Assembly: GCA_049320885.1 (NCBI GenBank)
Contig: JBMORA010000009.1
Span: 256,001 to 320,000, forward strand
DNA: 64,000 bases
Source: Thermodesulfobacteriota bacterium
GTDB lineage: Bacteria; Desulfobacterota; Desulfobacteria; Desulfobacterales; SURF-7
Reading direction: 5' to 3'
A program made the position numbers and the translations under genes. The notes under the pieces were generated by a model that saw only the letters and a list, made by a program, of their open reading frames with translations, searched no databases and was not told where the DNA came from. This document shows positions 1 to 10,106 of this stretch, piece after piece; the first letter of the stretch is position 1; each line of letters starts with the position of its first letter.

Positions 1-390
1 GATGCGCATATCGCACATCAACGCCAGATCGCATCCCGCCCCGATGGCCGGTCCGTTGACCGCCGCGATGGTGGGCACCTCCACTCCGTGAAGCGCCAGG
101 GGTATGCGCTGGATATTGCGGCGGTAGTTCTCCATGATTTGCAGGGGTGAACCGGCGAACATCCCCGATTTCGAATACATGTCCTTGATATTGCCGCCGG
201 CGGAAAAAGCCGGGTCGGCGCCGGTGATGATCAGCACCTTGATGTGCATGTCGGCATTGACCAGACGGCAGGCGCCTTCCACTTCACCGATGATGTCGGC
301 GCCGGTGATCGTGTTCCGGATTTCCGGCAGGTTGAGGGTGAGGGTGGCGACGTGACCGCTGATATGAAACAGAATGGTCTTGAAATCCAT
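1..390 (-). CDS. enoyl-CoA hydratase/isomerase family protein (3' end runs off window)
   Basis: Not in ORF track; manual translation MDFKTILFHISGHVATLTLNLPEIRN...FSAGGNIKDM...IAAVNGPAIGAGCDLALMCDMRI has crotonase motifs; GGAGGA RBS upstream of ATG at 390. Confidence 0.9.
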   Translation of the reverse strand, partial: MDFKTILFHISGHVATLTLNLPEIRNTITGADIIGEVEGACRLVNADMHIKVLIITGADPAFSAGGNIKDMYSKSGMFAGSPLQIMENYRRNIQRIPLALHGVEVPTIAAVNGPAIGAGCDLALMCDMRI

Positions 391-436
391 ACGCATTCCT
401 CCCAGGTTGGCGCCTTGTTGATTGTGATCCGATGCG

Positions 437-1696
437 TTACGAGGGCATCACATCCGGCTTGAAATCCAATGTGGCGAAATGATCCGCCAGGGTTTCCTCC
501 CGCCGGATCAGCTCGATGTTCCCGTCGGCCCGCAGCAGCAGTTCCTTGGGTCTCAGCCGTCCGTTGTAATTGAATCCCATGGCGTGACCATGGGCCCCGG
601 TGTCGTGAATCAGCAGCAGGTCTCCCGGGGAAATTTTCGGCAGGCATCTCTGGATGGCGAATTTGTCGTTGTTCTCGCAGAGCGCGCCGACCACATCCAC
701 CGGCTCCTTTGCCGGTGCGCCGTTCTTCCCGTGAATGCTGATTTCATGATAGGCGCCGTAAATGGCGGGCCTCATCAGCGCCGACATGCAGGCATCCACG
801 CCGATATATCGCCGGTAGGTGTTTTTTTCGTTGATGACCGTTGTGACCAGAACGCCGTGAGGACCGGTCATATAGCGCCCGCTTTCGACGTATAGCGCCG
901 GGGCATAACCGTTTTTCCGGCCGAACGCGTCAAAGCAGGCGGCGGTTTCCCGGCCAAGGGCGGAAATGTCCAGGGGGTTTTGGTCCGGGGTGTAAGGGAT
1001 GCCGAACCCCCCGCCGATATTGACGAAATCAAATCGAATCCCCAGGGCCGCCGTTATGGACTCGGCCAAATCCAGGATCATGGTGACGGTATCGATCATG
1101 TACCGGTAATTCAATTCGTTGGAGACCAGCATGGTATGAAGCCCGAAGCGTGCGGCGCCGCGATCCCGGGCCTTCCGGTAGGCCGCTATCATCTGATCGT
1201 GATGCAGTCCGTACTTTGCCTCCACCGGATTGCCGATGATGTGGTTGCCGCTGCGCCGGGGACCCGGATTGTAACGGAAGCAGATCAATTCCGGCATTTC
1301 CGGTAATTTTTCCAGCAGGGTGATGTCATCGAGATTGATGACGGCGCCGCCGTCTTTCAAGGCATATTCGAACTCCTCCCTGCTGGTGTTGTTGGAGGTG
1401 AACATGATGTCCGCCGCCACAGCTCCTGCCTGTCGGCTGAGGGCGATTTCGGCTATGGAACTGCAATCGAATCCGAACCCCAGCTCCTTCATGATGCGGA
1501 GGATGCGAGGATTCGGCAGGGCCTTGACCGCATAGTATTCCCGGAAGCCGGGGATGGCGCTGAAAGCCGCGTTCAAATTCCTTCCGGTGGCGCGGATGCC
1601 GATTTCGTCATATATATGAAAAGGGGTCCCGAAATGGGCGGCCGCCTTTTTTACAACAGGGTCCAGGCGGTTCAAAAAATCGTTGCTCATGGGCAT
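437..1696 (-). CDS. lysA: diaminopimelate decarboxylase
   Basis: YAVKALPN PLP-lysine motif, NIGGGFG, ESGRY, VVGALCENND, HDTGAHG. Confidence 0.9.
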   Translation of the reverse strand: MPMSNDFLNRLDPVVKKAAAHFGTPFHIYDEIGIRATGRNLNAAFSAIPGFREYYAVKALPNPRILRIMKELGFGFDCSSIAEIALSRQAGAVAADIMFTSNNTSREEFEYALKDGGAVINLDDITLLEKLPEMPELICFRYNPGPRRSGNHIIGNPVEAKYGLHHDQMIAAYRKARDRGAARFGLHTMLVSNELNYRYMIDTVTMILDLAESITAALGIRFDFVNIGGGFGIPYTPDQNPLDISALGRETAACFDAFGRKNGYAPALYVESGRYMTGPHGVLVTTVINEKNTYRRYIGVDACMSALMRPAIYGAYHEISIHGKNGAPAKEPVDVVGALCENNDKFAIQRCLPKISPGDLLLIHDTGAHGHAMGFNYNGRLRPKELLLRADGNIELIRREETLADHFATLDFKPDVMPS

Positions 1697-1731
1697 AAGG
1701 TCATATCTCCTTCCGGAATCAAAAAAAACGC

Positions 1732-2220
1732 TTACCCCTCATCCGGCTGGAGTGTCGCCGGATCGATGGAATGCAGCGGGATTTTGGCCGTTTCTTTTTG
1801 GGTGGACAACACGATATGGGTTTTATGGGAACGCACCGGTGCGAGGGGCAGGATTTTTTCCCGCAGCAATCGTTCCAGTTCCCGGTGATCCGCCGTGCGC
1901 ACTTTTAATAGGTACCCGTCCAGGCCGGAAAGGAAATGAACTTCCTGAACTTCCGGCAGGGCGGAAAAACAAAGTCCCCAGTCCTTCGTCCCATCGGCGG
2001 GATCTGTCCGCAACAAAACGAAGGCCACCAGGCTGCGCCGAAAAAACTCCGGATTCAGGCGGACCTCGTATCCATCGATAACGCCCTGTTTTTCGAGCTT
2101 GCGGATTCGCTCCAGGACCGCCGAGGGCGCCATGCCCACCTGTCGGGCCACCTCCACGTTGGGAATACGGGCCTGCCCCTGCAAAATATTCAGAATTTTA
2201 ATGCCAATTTCGTCTATCAT
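1732..2220 (-). CDS. Lrp/AsnC family transcriptional regulator
   Basis: N-terminal HTH (ARIPNVEVARQVGMAPSAVLERIRKLEKQGVIDGY) plus C-terminal RAM-like domain; start set at ATG 2220. Confidence 0.92.
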   Translation of the reverse strand: MIDEIGIKILNILQGQARIPNVEVARQVGMAPSAVLERIRKLEKQGVIDGYEVRLNPEFFRRSLVAFVLLRTDPADGTKDWGLCFSALPEVQEVHFLSGLDGYLLKVRTADHRELERLLREKILPLAPVRSHKTHIVLSTQKETAKIPLHSIDPATLQPDEG

Positions 2221-2331
2221 TCTTATAATCACCAATTTTACAGACCAATAGTCTTAAAAATGGCAAATGTCAAGAATAATTCATCGGTATCCGCCGGTGC
2301 CGGAGGATAAACCCGCCGCCGGCTGTCAGGC

Positions 2332-3270
2332 TCATTGGCGGGGCTGTCCGATCAGTCGACCGGCAATGGCGGTCCAGCCGTCATCGCGGAGCTGCTCCAG
2401 AACCCGGAAACCGACGCTCTCCATTTTGGCGATCACGGTTCCACCCCGCTCCTCGGCGATTCCGGAACAGATCAAAATGCCGCCATCCGATAATGCCGAC
2501 CCGATGGAATCCAGCAGCGTCAGCACCACTTCCGAAAGGATGTTGGCGGCCGCCAAATGGAAGCGCCGGGGGACTTCCTGAATCAAGTCTCCGGCAGCCA
2601 CCGAAAAGCGCAGCGGATCGATATGGTTCAGGGATAGATTGCCGGCGGCGATGCCCACGGCGGTTTCATCATGGTCGATGCCCAATCCACTGCGGGCGCC
2701 CAATTTGGCCGCGGCGATCATCAGGATGCCGGAGCCCGTGCCCACGTCCAGAAAATCGTCTCCCGGCCGGAGATGCCGTTCGATCAGGCGGATGCACATG
2801 GCGGTGGTGGGGTGGGTGCCGGTTCCAAAAGCCATGCCCGGATCGATTTCCAGAACAACGGCGTCGGGTTCCGGCAGGTAGTCCCGCCAGGTGGGCTTGA
2901 CCACTATGCGGTCGGTGATTTTCTCCGGCCAGAAGAATTCTTTCCAGGATTCGGCCCAATCCTCCTCATCCACTTGGCGATAGTGAACCCGGGTGGAAAT
3001 GCCTTCCCTGTCTGCCAGCCGTTTCAGGGAGGCCTCCAGTTCCAGCCTGCGTCCTTCAAAGGACTCATTCAGGACAAAATAACCGATCACGGCATGATGG
3101 GTCGGCCGGGGCAGGGCGTCCTCGCCCCATCCTTCCGCCGGTTCCTCGGACGGATCCTCGATCCACACTCCCTGGAGGCCGAAGCCGTCAAAGAGGTCGG
3201 CGATCAGTTCGATTGCCGGCCGGGGCTGATCACCCTCGTAAACAACCTTTGCTTCCATCCATTTCATCAC
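2332..3270 (-). CDS. prmA: ribosomal protein L11 methyltransferase
   Basis: DWAESWKEFF, DPGMAFGTGTHPTT, LDVGTGSGIL, ANIL, SGI motifs. Confidence 0.96.
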   Translation of the reverse strand: MMKWMEAKVVYEGDQPRPAIELIADLFDGFGLQGVWIEDPSEEPAEGWGEDALPRPTHHAVIGYFVLNESFEGRRLELEASLKRLADREGISTRVHYRQVDEEDWAESWKEFFWPEKITDRIVVKPTWRDYLPEPDAVVLEIDPGMAFGTGTHPTTAMCIRLIERHLRPGDDFLDVGTGSGILMIAAAKLGARSGLGIDHDETAVGIAAGNLSLNHIDPLRFSVAAGDLIQEVPRRFHLAAANILSEVVLTLLDSIGSALSDGGILICSGIAEERGGTVIAKMESVGFRVLEQLRDDGWTAIAGRLIGQPRQ

Positions 3271-3411
3271 ATGGTCCTTTCCGGTATCTTGATGTTCAGG
3301 GATTTCCTTATCGTACCAAAATCAAGCCGTGTCAAGGGAACCGTCTTGACGCACCGACATGTCTGGATTATGAGTTGACAAAGCGAATATGCACATAAAA
3401 GGGGGACGGTT

Positions 3412-4242
3412 ATCGAAAAGCGCATCGTCGAAGAAGCCGCGGAATTCATTCGCATGGAAGTCGGCGGCCGGCACCGGGTGGGAATTCTGACCGGCACGGG
3501 GCTCGGCGAAGTCGCCGCCGGTATGGCGGATATCCGCGCCGTGGATTATGCGGCCATTCCGCATTTCCCCACCGCCACCGTGGCAGGTCATTACGGGAAG
3601 CTCCTTAGCGGAAACCTGGCAAACAATCCGTTACTGGTCATGCAGGGCCGGTTCCATCTGTATGAAGGCTACAGTCCGCGTCAGGTCGCCTTTCCCATCC
3701 GCCTGATGAAAGCCCTGGGCATTGAAATCGCGATCATCTTGAATGCGGCGGGCGGTTTGAATCCCTGCTTTCGGGAAGGAGACATCATGCTGCTCTCCGA
3801 TCATATCAATCTGACGGCCTGCAACCCGCTTACCGGTCCCAACGAGGACACCTGGGGCATTCGTTTCCCGGATATGAGCGCTGTTTATGACGGACCTCTT
3901 CGCGGCCTCGCGGATTCAGCCGGCAGGGACCATGGAATCCGATTCCGTCAAGGTGTGTATGCCGGACTGCCGGGGCCGGCATTGGAAACGCCGGCGGAAA
4001 CCAGATGGCTCCGCGCCATGGGGGCGGATGCCGTGGGCTTTTCAACCATTCAGGAGGTCATCGCGGCGGTTCACGCGGGCCTGCGTGTCCTGGGGTTATC
4101 CATCATCACCAACCTGAATGACCCGGAGCACCCGGCGAGGACGACCCTGGAAAGCGTGCTCCAGGTCGCCCGGCGGTCGGCAGCCGTTCTTGCGCCGATC
4201 CTGGGTACCATTGTGGAGCGTATCCATGAACCGGCAAGCTGA
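3412..4242 (+). CDS. punA: purine-nucleoside phosphorylase (trimeric type); first ATG at 3454, conserved-looking N-terminus extends to about 3412
   Basis: GILTGTGLG, GHYG, MQGRFHLYEG, NAAGG, DHIN, RFPDM, ETPAE, GADAVG motifs. Confidence 0.88.
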   Translation: MEKRIVEEAAEFIRMEVGGRHRVGILTGTGLGEVAAGMADIRAVDYAAIPHFPTATVAGHYGKLLSGNLANNPLLVMQGRFHLYEGYSPRQVAFPIRLMKALGIEIAIILNAAGGLNPCFREGDIMLLSDHINLTACNPLTGPNEDTWGIRFPDMSAVYDGPLRGLADSAGRDHGIRFRQGVYAGLPGPALETPAETRWLRAMGADAVGFSTIQEVIAAVHAGLRVLGLSIITNLNDPEHPARTTLESVLQVARRSAAVLAPILGTIVERIHEPAS

Positions 4243-5548
4243 TCTCCTGATCCGGAACGGCCGGATTCTGACCCGGCCATCATCCGGTGATCTGATCGAA
4301 AACGGCACGATCGTCATTCGGAAAGACAAGATTGCCGCAGTGGGAAGCGCCGCGGAAACCGCGGACTGGACGGCCGCTGAAGTCATCGACGCCGGCGGCG
4401 GCATTGTCATGCCGGGCCTTGTCAACACGCATACCCATCTGCCCATGTCCCTTTTCCGGGGATTGGCGGATGATCTTCCGTTGATGACCTGGCTCAACGA
4501 GCATATTTTCCCGGCCGAGGCCTCCCGGATCAACCCCCAGACCGTGGAAATCGGCGCGCGGCTTTCCATTGCCGAAATGCTGCTGTCCGGAACAACCACC
4601 TGCTGCGATGGGTATTTCCATGAAGACATCGTGGCCGCCGTGGTTCAGGAAACCGGAATACGGGCGGTTCTGGGACATGGGGTGATCGACTATCCGGCCC
4701 CCGGTGTTCCGGACCCGCGGGAAAATGTCCGCCGGGCAATGGATTTCTGTGACGGCTGGCAGGAGATTTGCCCCGAAATCAGGCCTTCCGTTTTTTGTCA
4801 TTCTCCGTATACCTGCTCGGCGGAAACTTTGCGCAAAGCCAAGGCGGCCGCCACGGAGAGAGGCCTGCTGTTTCAAATCCATGCGGCGGAAACCCGGGCC
4901 GAGGTAAAGCAGATCCGGGCGCAACACGGGATGACGCCGGTGCAATATCTCGACGGTCTGGGGCTGCTGGATCCCTTGACGCTGCTGGTGCATGCCGTCT
5001 GGCTCGATGAACGGGACATCGGGCTGATCGCCCTGCGGGGCGCTACGATTTCCCACAACCCGGAGAGCAATATGAAACTCGGCGCAGGTATCGCTCCGGT
5101 GCCGGCATTTTTGAATTCCCATATTCCGGTGGGTCTCGGCACCGATGGATGTGCCAGCAACAACGACCTGGACCTTTTCGGGGAGATGGACACAGCCGCC
5201 AAGCTGCACAAGGTCAACGGCCTTGACCCGACGCTGCTCAGCGCCCGTGAGGTGTTGACCATGGCAACCAGCGGAGGTGCCGAAGCCATCGGTCTGAACC
5301 GGGAGATCGGTTCGCTTGAAGTGGGAAAGCAGGCGGATCTGATTGTCATCGATACGCAAAAACCCCACCTGGTGCCCATGTACCATCCTGTTTCCCATCT
5401 CGTCTACGCGGCGCGGGGATCGGATGTCCGGGATGTGTTCGTCGCCGGGAAACCGCTGGTGAGAAACCGTTCCTTGCTGACCATCGATTCGGCCGATCTC
5501 TTTCGCCGGGTATCAGAGTTCGTTGTCGGACAGGATCGAGTCCGTTGA
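4226..5548 (+). CDS. mtaD: 5'-methylthioadenosine/S-adenosylhomocysteine deaminase-type amidohydrolase
   Basis: PGLVNTHTH, HSPYTCS, IHAAET, HNPESNMKL, LGTDGCASNNDLD; overlaps the phosphorylase gene. Confidence 0.85.
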   Translation: MNRQADLLIRNGRILTRPSSGDLIENGTIVIRKDKIAAVGSAAETADWTAAEVIDAGGGIVMPGLVNTHTHLPMSLFRGLADDLPLMTWLNEHIFPAEASRINPQTVEIGARLSIAEMLLSGTTTCCDGYFHEDIVAAVVQETGIRAVLGHGVIDYPAPGVPDPRENVRRAMDFCDGWQEICPEIRPSVFCHSPYTCSAETLRKAKAAATERGLLFQIHAAETRAEVKQIRAQHGMTPVQYLDGLGLLDPLTLLVHAVWLDERDIGLIALRGATISHNPESNMKLGAGIAPVPAFLNSHIPVGLGTDGCASNNDLDLFGEMDTAAKLHKVNGLDPTLLSAREVLTMATSGGAEAIGLNREIGSLEVGKQADLIVIDTQKPHLVPMYHPVSHLVYAARGSDVRDVFVAGKPLVRNRSLLTIDSADLFRRVSEFVVGQDRVR

Positions 5549-5860
5549 CCTTCCCGCGTCTGTTTTTTTCCCAAGGGGGCGTGCGAAGGTGAACTTGGCC
5601 GGATTGACCACCATTTTTTCGGCAGCCAAGGAAATATTGCCGCCGGGAGCGGAAAACGGCAGGGAGACAACGAACATTGCGCTGCCGAAGACCAGCGCCG
5701 CCAGACCCAGCGGCCTTGCGATCAGCGTATCAGCCACCATGGAACCGGCGTCCAGGTTCGTTGCCGCTGCATGCCCGTCGGCGGCGGCGCCGAGCGACAC
5801 CAGGGTTACCGCCACTATTATCTGTTTTATTTTTTTCAAGATTCGTTTGGGTAGGGTCAT
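5513..5860 (-). CDS. small exported/membrane hypothetical protein
   Basis: Signal-peptide-like N-terminus and DxLIARPLG...SLPFS...FARPLG pattern; promoter-like site upstream. Confidence 0.7.
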   Translation of the reverse strand: MTLPKRILKKIKQIIVAVTLVSLGAAADGHAAATNLDAGSMVADTLIARPLGLAALVFGSAMFVVSLPFSAPGGNISLAAEKMVVNPAKFTFARPLGKKTDAGRSTDSILSDNEL

Positions 5861-5943
5861 TTGTTTTTCCCCATTTAGAAAGGGTCCCTGTTATCCAGCC
5901 GGTTTCCCAGGGCGGCCGGTCGACCCTGAAGCATGCCTGAGTA

Positions 5944-5972
5944 TATATAGAAGGGAAGCCGCTGCATGTCAA
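5944..5972 (-). promoter_or_regulatory. sigma70-like promoter for 5513-5860 gene
   Basis: TTGACA-N17-TATATA on minus strand. Confidence 0.5.
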
Positions 5973-6077
5973 GCAAGGCTTCGCGGGATCAAAACCGCTT
6001 ATTGACACCGATGGAATTTTACGATAGTTCATCGACGCTAGCGATGTTTTTTACAGCCATGAATTAGGGAAACCAGA

Positions 6078-7772
6078 ATGATTATAGGGCTGGATGTCGG
6101 CGGTACCCATACGGATGTCGTGTTGCTCGATCAGGAAAGCCTGGTTAATGAAATCAAGGTGCGCACCGATTCATCGGATTTGTTCCAAAGCGTGTTGGAA
6201 GGCCTGGAACGGATAACCGCCGGCGTGGACCCGAAAAAAATTGAACGGGTGGTGCTGAGCACGACATTGACGACCAATGCCATCGTCCAGGGCGCCGTGC
6301 CGAATGTCGGGATGATTGTTTCCAGCGGTCCTGGTATCGATCCGGAATATTACCGCACCAATGAACAGTATTACCCGGTGTCCGGCTCCATCGACCATCG
6401 CGGCCGTCGTATCACGCCGGTGGATCCGGAACAGATCAAGGCGGTGGGCAGAACCCTGGCCGCCGCGGGCGTCCGTCATGTGGGTGTGATCGGTAAATTT
6501 TCCGCCCGCAATCCGAGCCATGAGCTGGAGATCCGGCGAATCCTGCGTGATCATTTCGAGCATATTTTCCTCGGACATCGTATTTCCGGCAATCTCAATT
6601 TCCCCCGGCGTATTGCTACCACCTTTCTGAATGCGGCGGTATACCCGATTCACAAGGAATTCTTCACGGCGGTCAAGCGATCCCTGGATCGCCATGGATT
6701 GAAGGTGCCCATTCATATACTCAAGGCCGACGGCGGCACCATGAGTTTCGAGTTTTCCATTGATTTTCCGGGCCAGACCATTCTTTCCGGGCCCGCGGCC
6801 AGCGTTATGGGCGCCTGCGCTTTCGCACCGGTGGATGAGGATGTCATCGTCCTGGATATCGGCGGCACCACCACCGACATGGCGGTCCTCATCGGTGGCG
6901 CGCCCCTGCTCGACCCTTTCGGCATCGAACTCTGCGGATACAAAACCCTGATTCGATCGTTGAATACGCGTTCCATCGGGGTGGGCGGCGACAGCGTCGT
7001 GCGCATTATCCGGGGGGAGCTGTGCATAGGGCCGGACCGGTGCGGCATGGCTATGGGGTATGGCGGACCGTCGCCCACACCCACCGATGCTTTGATGGTT
7101 CTCGGCATCATGCCGGATGGTGAAAGGGATCGGGCGGTTGCCGGTCTGGAACCGCTGGCCGCATCTTTGGGAATCAGTCTGGAAGAGACAGCGAATCGGA
7201 TTTTCGACCTCGCCTGTCAGAAAATCCTGACGGAAGCCGTTCAAATGGTGGAACAGATCAATTCCAAACCCGTATACACCATCCATGAATTGCGGGAAGG
7301 CTATCGGGTGGATCCCAAAAAAATGATGGTCCTGGGCGGACCCGCGCCCTATTTTGCGGAACGGCTGGCCGCCAACAGCAGTTTCAGGGTCAACACGGTC
7401 CCCAAATGGAAAGTGGCCAACGCCATCGGTGCGGCGCTGGCTCGGACCACCTGCGAAGTCACCTTGTTCGCCGATACCGAGCGGGGAATTCTTACAGCCC
7501 CGGAAGAAAAATTCAAAAAGAATGTATCCAGGGATTTCTCCCGGGAACAGGCGGTTGAAAAAGCGTTTGACCTGTTGAAGGAGAAAGCCTTTGTCAGAGG
7601 GGCAAACCCCAGGGATCTCGAAATCGAATTGCTGGAGGATCTCCAGTTCAATATGGTGAGGGGGTTTGACACCACCGGGAAAAATATCCGCATCAAGGCG
7701 CAGGTCAAGCCCGGACTGATTCATGGGTACGGTGCGGTGGCGGAAAGGCTGTCGAAGAAAGAAGCCCCATAG
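6078..7772 (+). CDS. hydantoinase/oxoprolinase A-type (ASKHA ATPase) protein
   Basis: IGLDVGGTHTD, STTLTTNAI, SGPAAS, LDIGGTTTD, PTPTDA, ANAIGAA. Confidence 0.9.
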   Translation: MIIGLDVGGTHTDVVLLDQESLVNEIKVRTDSSDLFQSVLEGLERITAGVDPKKIERVVLSTTLTTNAIVQGAVPNVGMIVSSGPGIDPEYYRTNEQYYPVSGSIDHRGRRITPVDPEQIKAVGRTLAAAGVRHVGVIGKFSARNPSHELEIRRILRDHFEHIFLGHRISGNLNFPRRIATTFLNAAVYPIHKEFFTAVKRSLDRHGLKVPIHILKADGGTMSFEFSIDFPGQTILSGPAASVMGACAFAPVDEDVIVLDIGGTTTDMAVLIGGAPLLDPFGIELCGYKTLIRSLNTRSIGVGGDSVVRIIRGELCIGPDRCGMAMGYGGPSPTPTDALMVLGIMPDGERDRAVAGLEPLAASLGISLEETANRIFDLACQKILTEAVQMVEQINSKPVYTIHELREGYRVDPKKMMVLGGPAPYFAERLAANSSFRVNTVPKWKVANAIGAALARTTCEVTLFADTERGILTAPEEKFKKNVSRDFSREQAVEKAFDLLKEKAFVRGANPRDLEIELLEDLQFNMVRGFDTTGKNIRIKAQVKPGLIHGYGAVAERLSKKEAP

Positions 7773-7837
7773 AGGCCTGACGGGCTGCGGGTTTCTGTCC
7801 GAGGGAAGCGGATGGCAAGGAGTGCCGGAGAACGCAG

Positions 7838-9148
7838 ATGATTAAAAGCAAAAACCGAACCGGGTTGGTGTTTTTTCCCGCTTTTGACTGGGCCATTGAT
7901 CCCACCCACCCGGAACGGGAAGAACGGCTGCTCTACACCCAGGATCAGGTGTTTGAGGAAGGGATCCTGGATATTGACGGTATCATCGAATACAAGCCGG
8001 ACCTGGTGACGGTCCGGGATGTCCAGAGGGCCCATTTTTGCGTGCCGGATGTATGGTCCGTCACCACCGAGTCCCATTTTATCAGCGCCGGAGGCGCCAA
8101 AACCATCGGCATGGCCGTGATGGAAAAAAAAATCGAGCGTGGATTCGCGCTGGTACGTCCCCCGGGACATCACGCCATGCGGGTGGTCCACGGTTGCAGA
8201 GGGTTTTGCAATATCAACATCGAAGCCGTCATGATTGAATACCTGCGCAAGGCTTACGGTATCCGGAGGGTTGCCATTGTGGATACGGACTGTCACCACG
8301 GTGACGGTACCCAGGATATCTACTGGCATGATCCCGACGTCTTGTTCATCTCCCTGCATCAGGACGGCCGGACCCTGTATCCCGGATCCGGATTCGTGAA
8401 CGAACTCGGCGGCCCCAACGCGTTCGGCGCCACCATCAATATCCCGCTGCCCCCCTATACAGCGGAAGAAGGATTCCTGTACACCATTGAAAAGGTGGTC
8501 CTGCCGATTCTGGCGGAGTTCAAACCGGAGCTGATCGTCAACTCCGCGGGTCAGGACAACCATTACTCCGATCCCATCACCAACATGAATTTTTCCGCCC
8601 AGGGATATGCCCGCCTGACCGATCTCCTCAAGGCCGACATCGCTGTCCTGGAGGGCGGGTATGCCATCGAGGGAGCGCTGCCCTATGTGAATGCCGGCAT
8701 TATTCTGGCCATGGCCGGACTCGATTACAGTCATATCCATGAACCGGATTATGATCCGGACCGCATCCGCCAGGCCCGCAGCGTCACCCAGCAGATCAAG
8801 GAAACCGGCGACAAGGTTTTGAACTACTGGCGGGAGCGGGAGAGAATCCAGGAAAGAATGCGTCCGGATGGACCCTACAGCGAACGACCCCGCAGAATTT
8901 TTTACGATACGGACGGCATCGCTGAGTCACAGACGGAAAAGGTCCGGATCTGCAAGGATTGCGGCGGGGCCTTGCGCATTCATTCCCAAACGGATAGCGG
9001 CGCCAATATCCTGGCGATTCATATTCCCCTTTATGCCTGTCGCGCCTGCCGGGAGACCGGTTATCGCTGGTATGGGGAAGCCACCGGAAATGATTACCAG
9101 ATGGTGCATCTGCAAGACAGACCCAAGGATGAATATCTGATCAAATAG
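7838..9148 (+). CDS. histone deacetylase family (Zn amidohydrolase) protein with Cys-rich C-terminal extension
   Basis: RPPGHHA, GFCNIN, DCHHGDGTQD, SLHQ, YPGSG, SAGQD, LEGGY; C-terminal CKDC...CRAC. Confidence 0.92.
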   Translation: MIKSKNRTGLVFFPAFDWAIDPTHPEREERLLYTQDQVFEEGILDIDGIIEYKPDLVTVRDVQRAHFCVPDVWSVTTESHFISAGGAKTIGMAVMEKKIERGFALVRPPGHHAMRVVHGCRGFCNINIEAVMIEYLRKAYGIRRVAIVDTDCHHGDGTQDIYWHDPDVLFISLHQDGRTLYPGSGFVNELGGPNAFGATINIPLPPYTAEEGFLYTIEKVVLPILAEFKPELIVNSAGQDNHYSDPITNMNFSAQGYARLTDLLKADIAVLEGGYAIEGALPYVNAGIILAMAGLDYSHIHEPDYDPDRIRQARSVTQQIKETGDKVLNYWRERERIQERMRPDGPYSERPRRIFYDTDGIAESQTEKVRICKDCGGALRIHSQTDSGANILAIHIPLYACRACRETGYRWYGEATGNDYQMVHLQDRPKDEYLIK

Positions 9149-9184
9149 TCGGTAATAGCAACGGATAGAACCATATACACCTCC

Positions 9185-10081
9185 TTGACGCATAATCTGA
9201 CCCTGCGGGCGCGAATTCTTCAAGAGATCCGCCGTTTTTTTGTCAGCCGGGATTTTCTGGAGGTCGAAACCCCTTACCGAATACCGGCGCCGGCTCCCGA
9301 GGCGCATATTGCGGCCCCGCCTTCGGGAGACTGGTTCCTGCATACCTCGCCGGAGCTTTGCATGAAGAGGCTTCTGGCCCGGGGAATCCCGCGGCTTTTT
9401 CAGCTTTGCCGATGTTTCCGGCAGAACGAACGCGGTGAGCGGCATCTTCCGGAATTTACCCTGTTGGAATGGTATGCCGCCCATATGGACTATCACGGCA
9501 TGATGACGCAATGCGAGGAACTGATCCATGACATCAGCGTCCGGCTCGGTCTGGGCGGCCGCATCCGTTATCAGGGCCACGACATTGACCTGTCGCCGCC
9601 ATGGCCCCGGGTAACGGTTGCCGAGGCGTTTCGCCGGTTCACCGATGTTACACCGGAACGCGCGTTGTCCGAAGGATGTTTCGATGAACTCGTCGGCTGC
9701 CGCATCGAACCAGGACTGGGCCTGGAAAAACCGGTTTTTTTATGCGAATACCCGGTCTCCCAGGCGGCTCTTGCAAGGGTCTGCCCCGAAAACCCGGCGG
9801 TGGCCGAGCGTTTCGAGTTGTATATCGGCGGTTTGGAGCTTTGCAATGCATTCACCGAACTGACGGAGCCGCTGGAGCAACGCCGAAGATTTGAAATCCA
9901 GCTTCGTCAAATGCAGACCGAAGGCTGCCGGGTGTATCCCATGCCGGAAAAATTTCTGAAGGATTTATCCCATATGCCCCCGGCCGCCGGCAATGCCCTG
10001 GGCATCGACCGTCTCGTCATGCTGTTCGCGGATACGTCCCGGATCGATGATGTGGTGGCCTTTACCCCGGAAACATTATAA
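9185..10081 (+). CDS. epmA: EF-P lysine aminoacylase (class II lysyl-tRNA synthetase paralog)
   Basis: FLEVETP, LHTSPELCMKRLL, FRQNE, HLPEFTLLEWY, ERFELYIGGLELCNAFTEL, ALGIDRL; no anticodon-binding domain; TTG start uncertain. Confidence 0.9.
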   Translation: MTHNLTLRARILQEIRRFFVSRDFLEVETPYRIPAPAPEAHIAAPPSGDWFLHTSPELCMKRLLARGIPRLFQLCRCFRQNERGERHLPEFTLLEWYAAHMDYHGMMTQCEELIHDISVRLGLGGRIRYQGHDIDLSPPWPRVTVAEAFRRFTDVTPERALSEGCFDELVGCRIEPGLGLEKPVFLCEYPVSQAALARVCPENPAVAERFELYIGGLELCNAFTELTEPLEQRRRFEIQLRQMQTEGCRVYPMPEKFLKDLSHMPPAAGNALGIDRLVMLFADTSRIDDVVAFTPETL

Positions 10082-10106
10082 ACCGATTCATACGGAAAGG
10101 ATGGCC

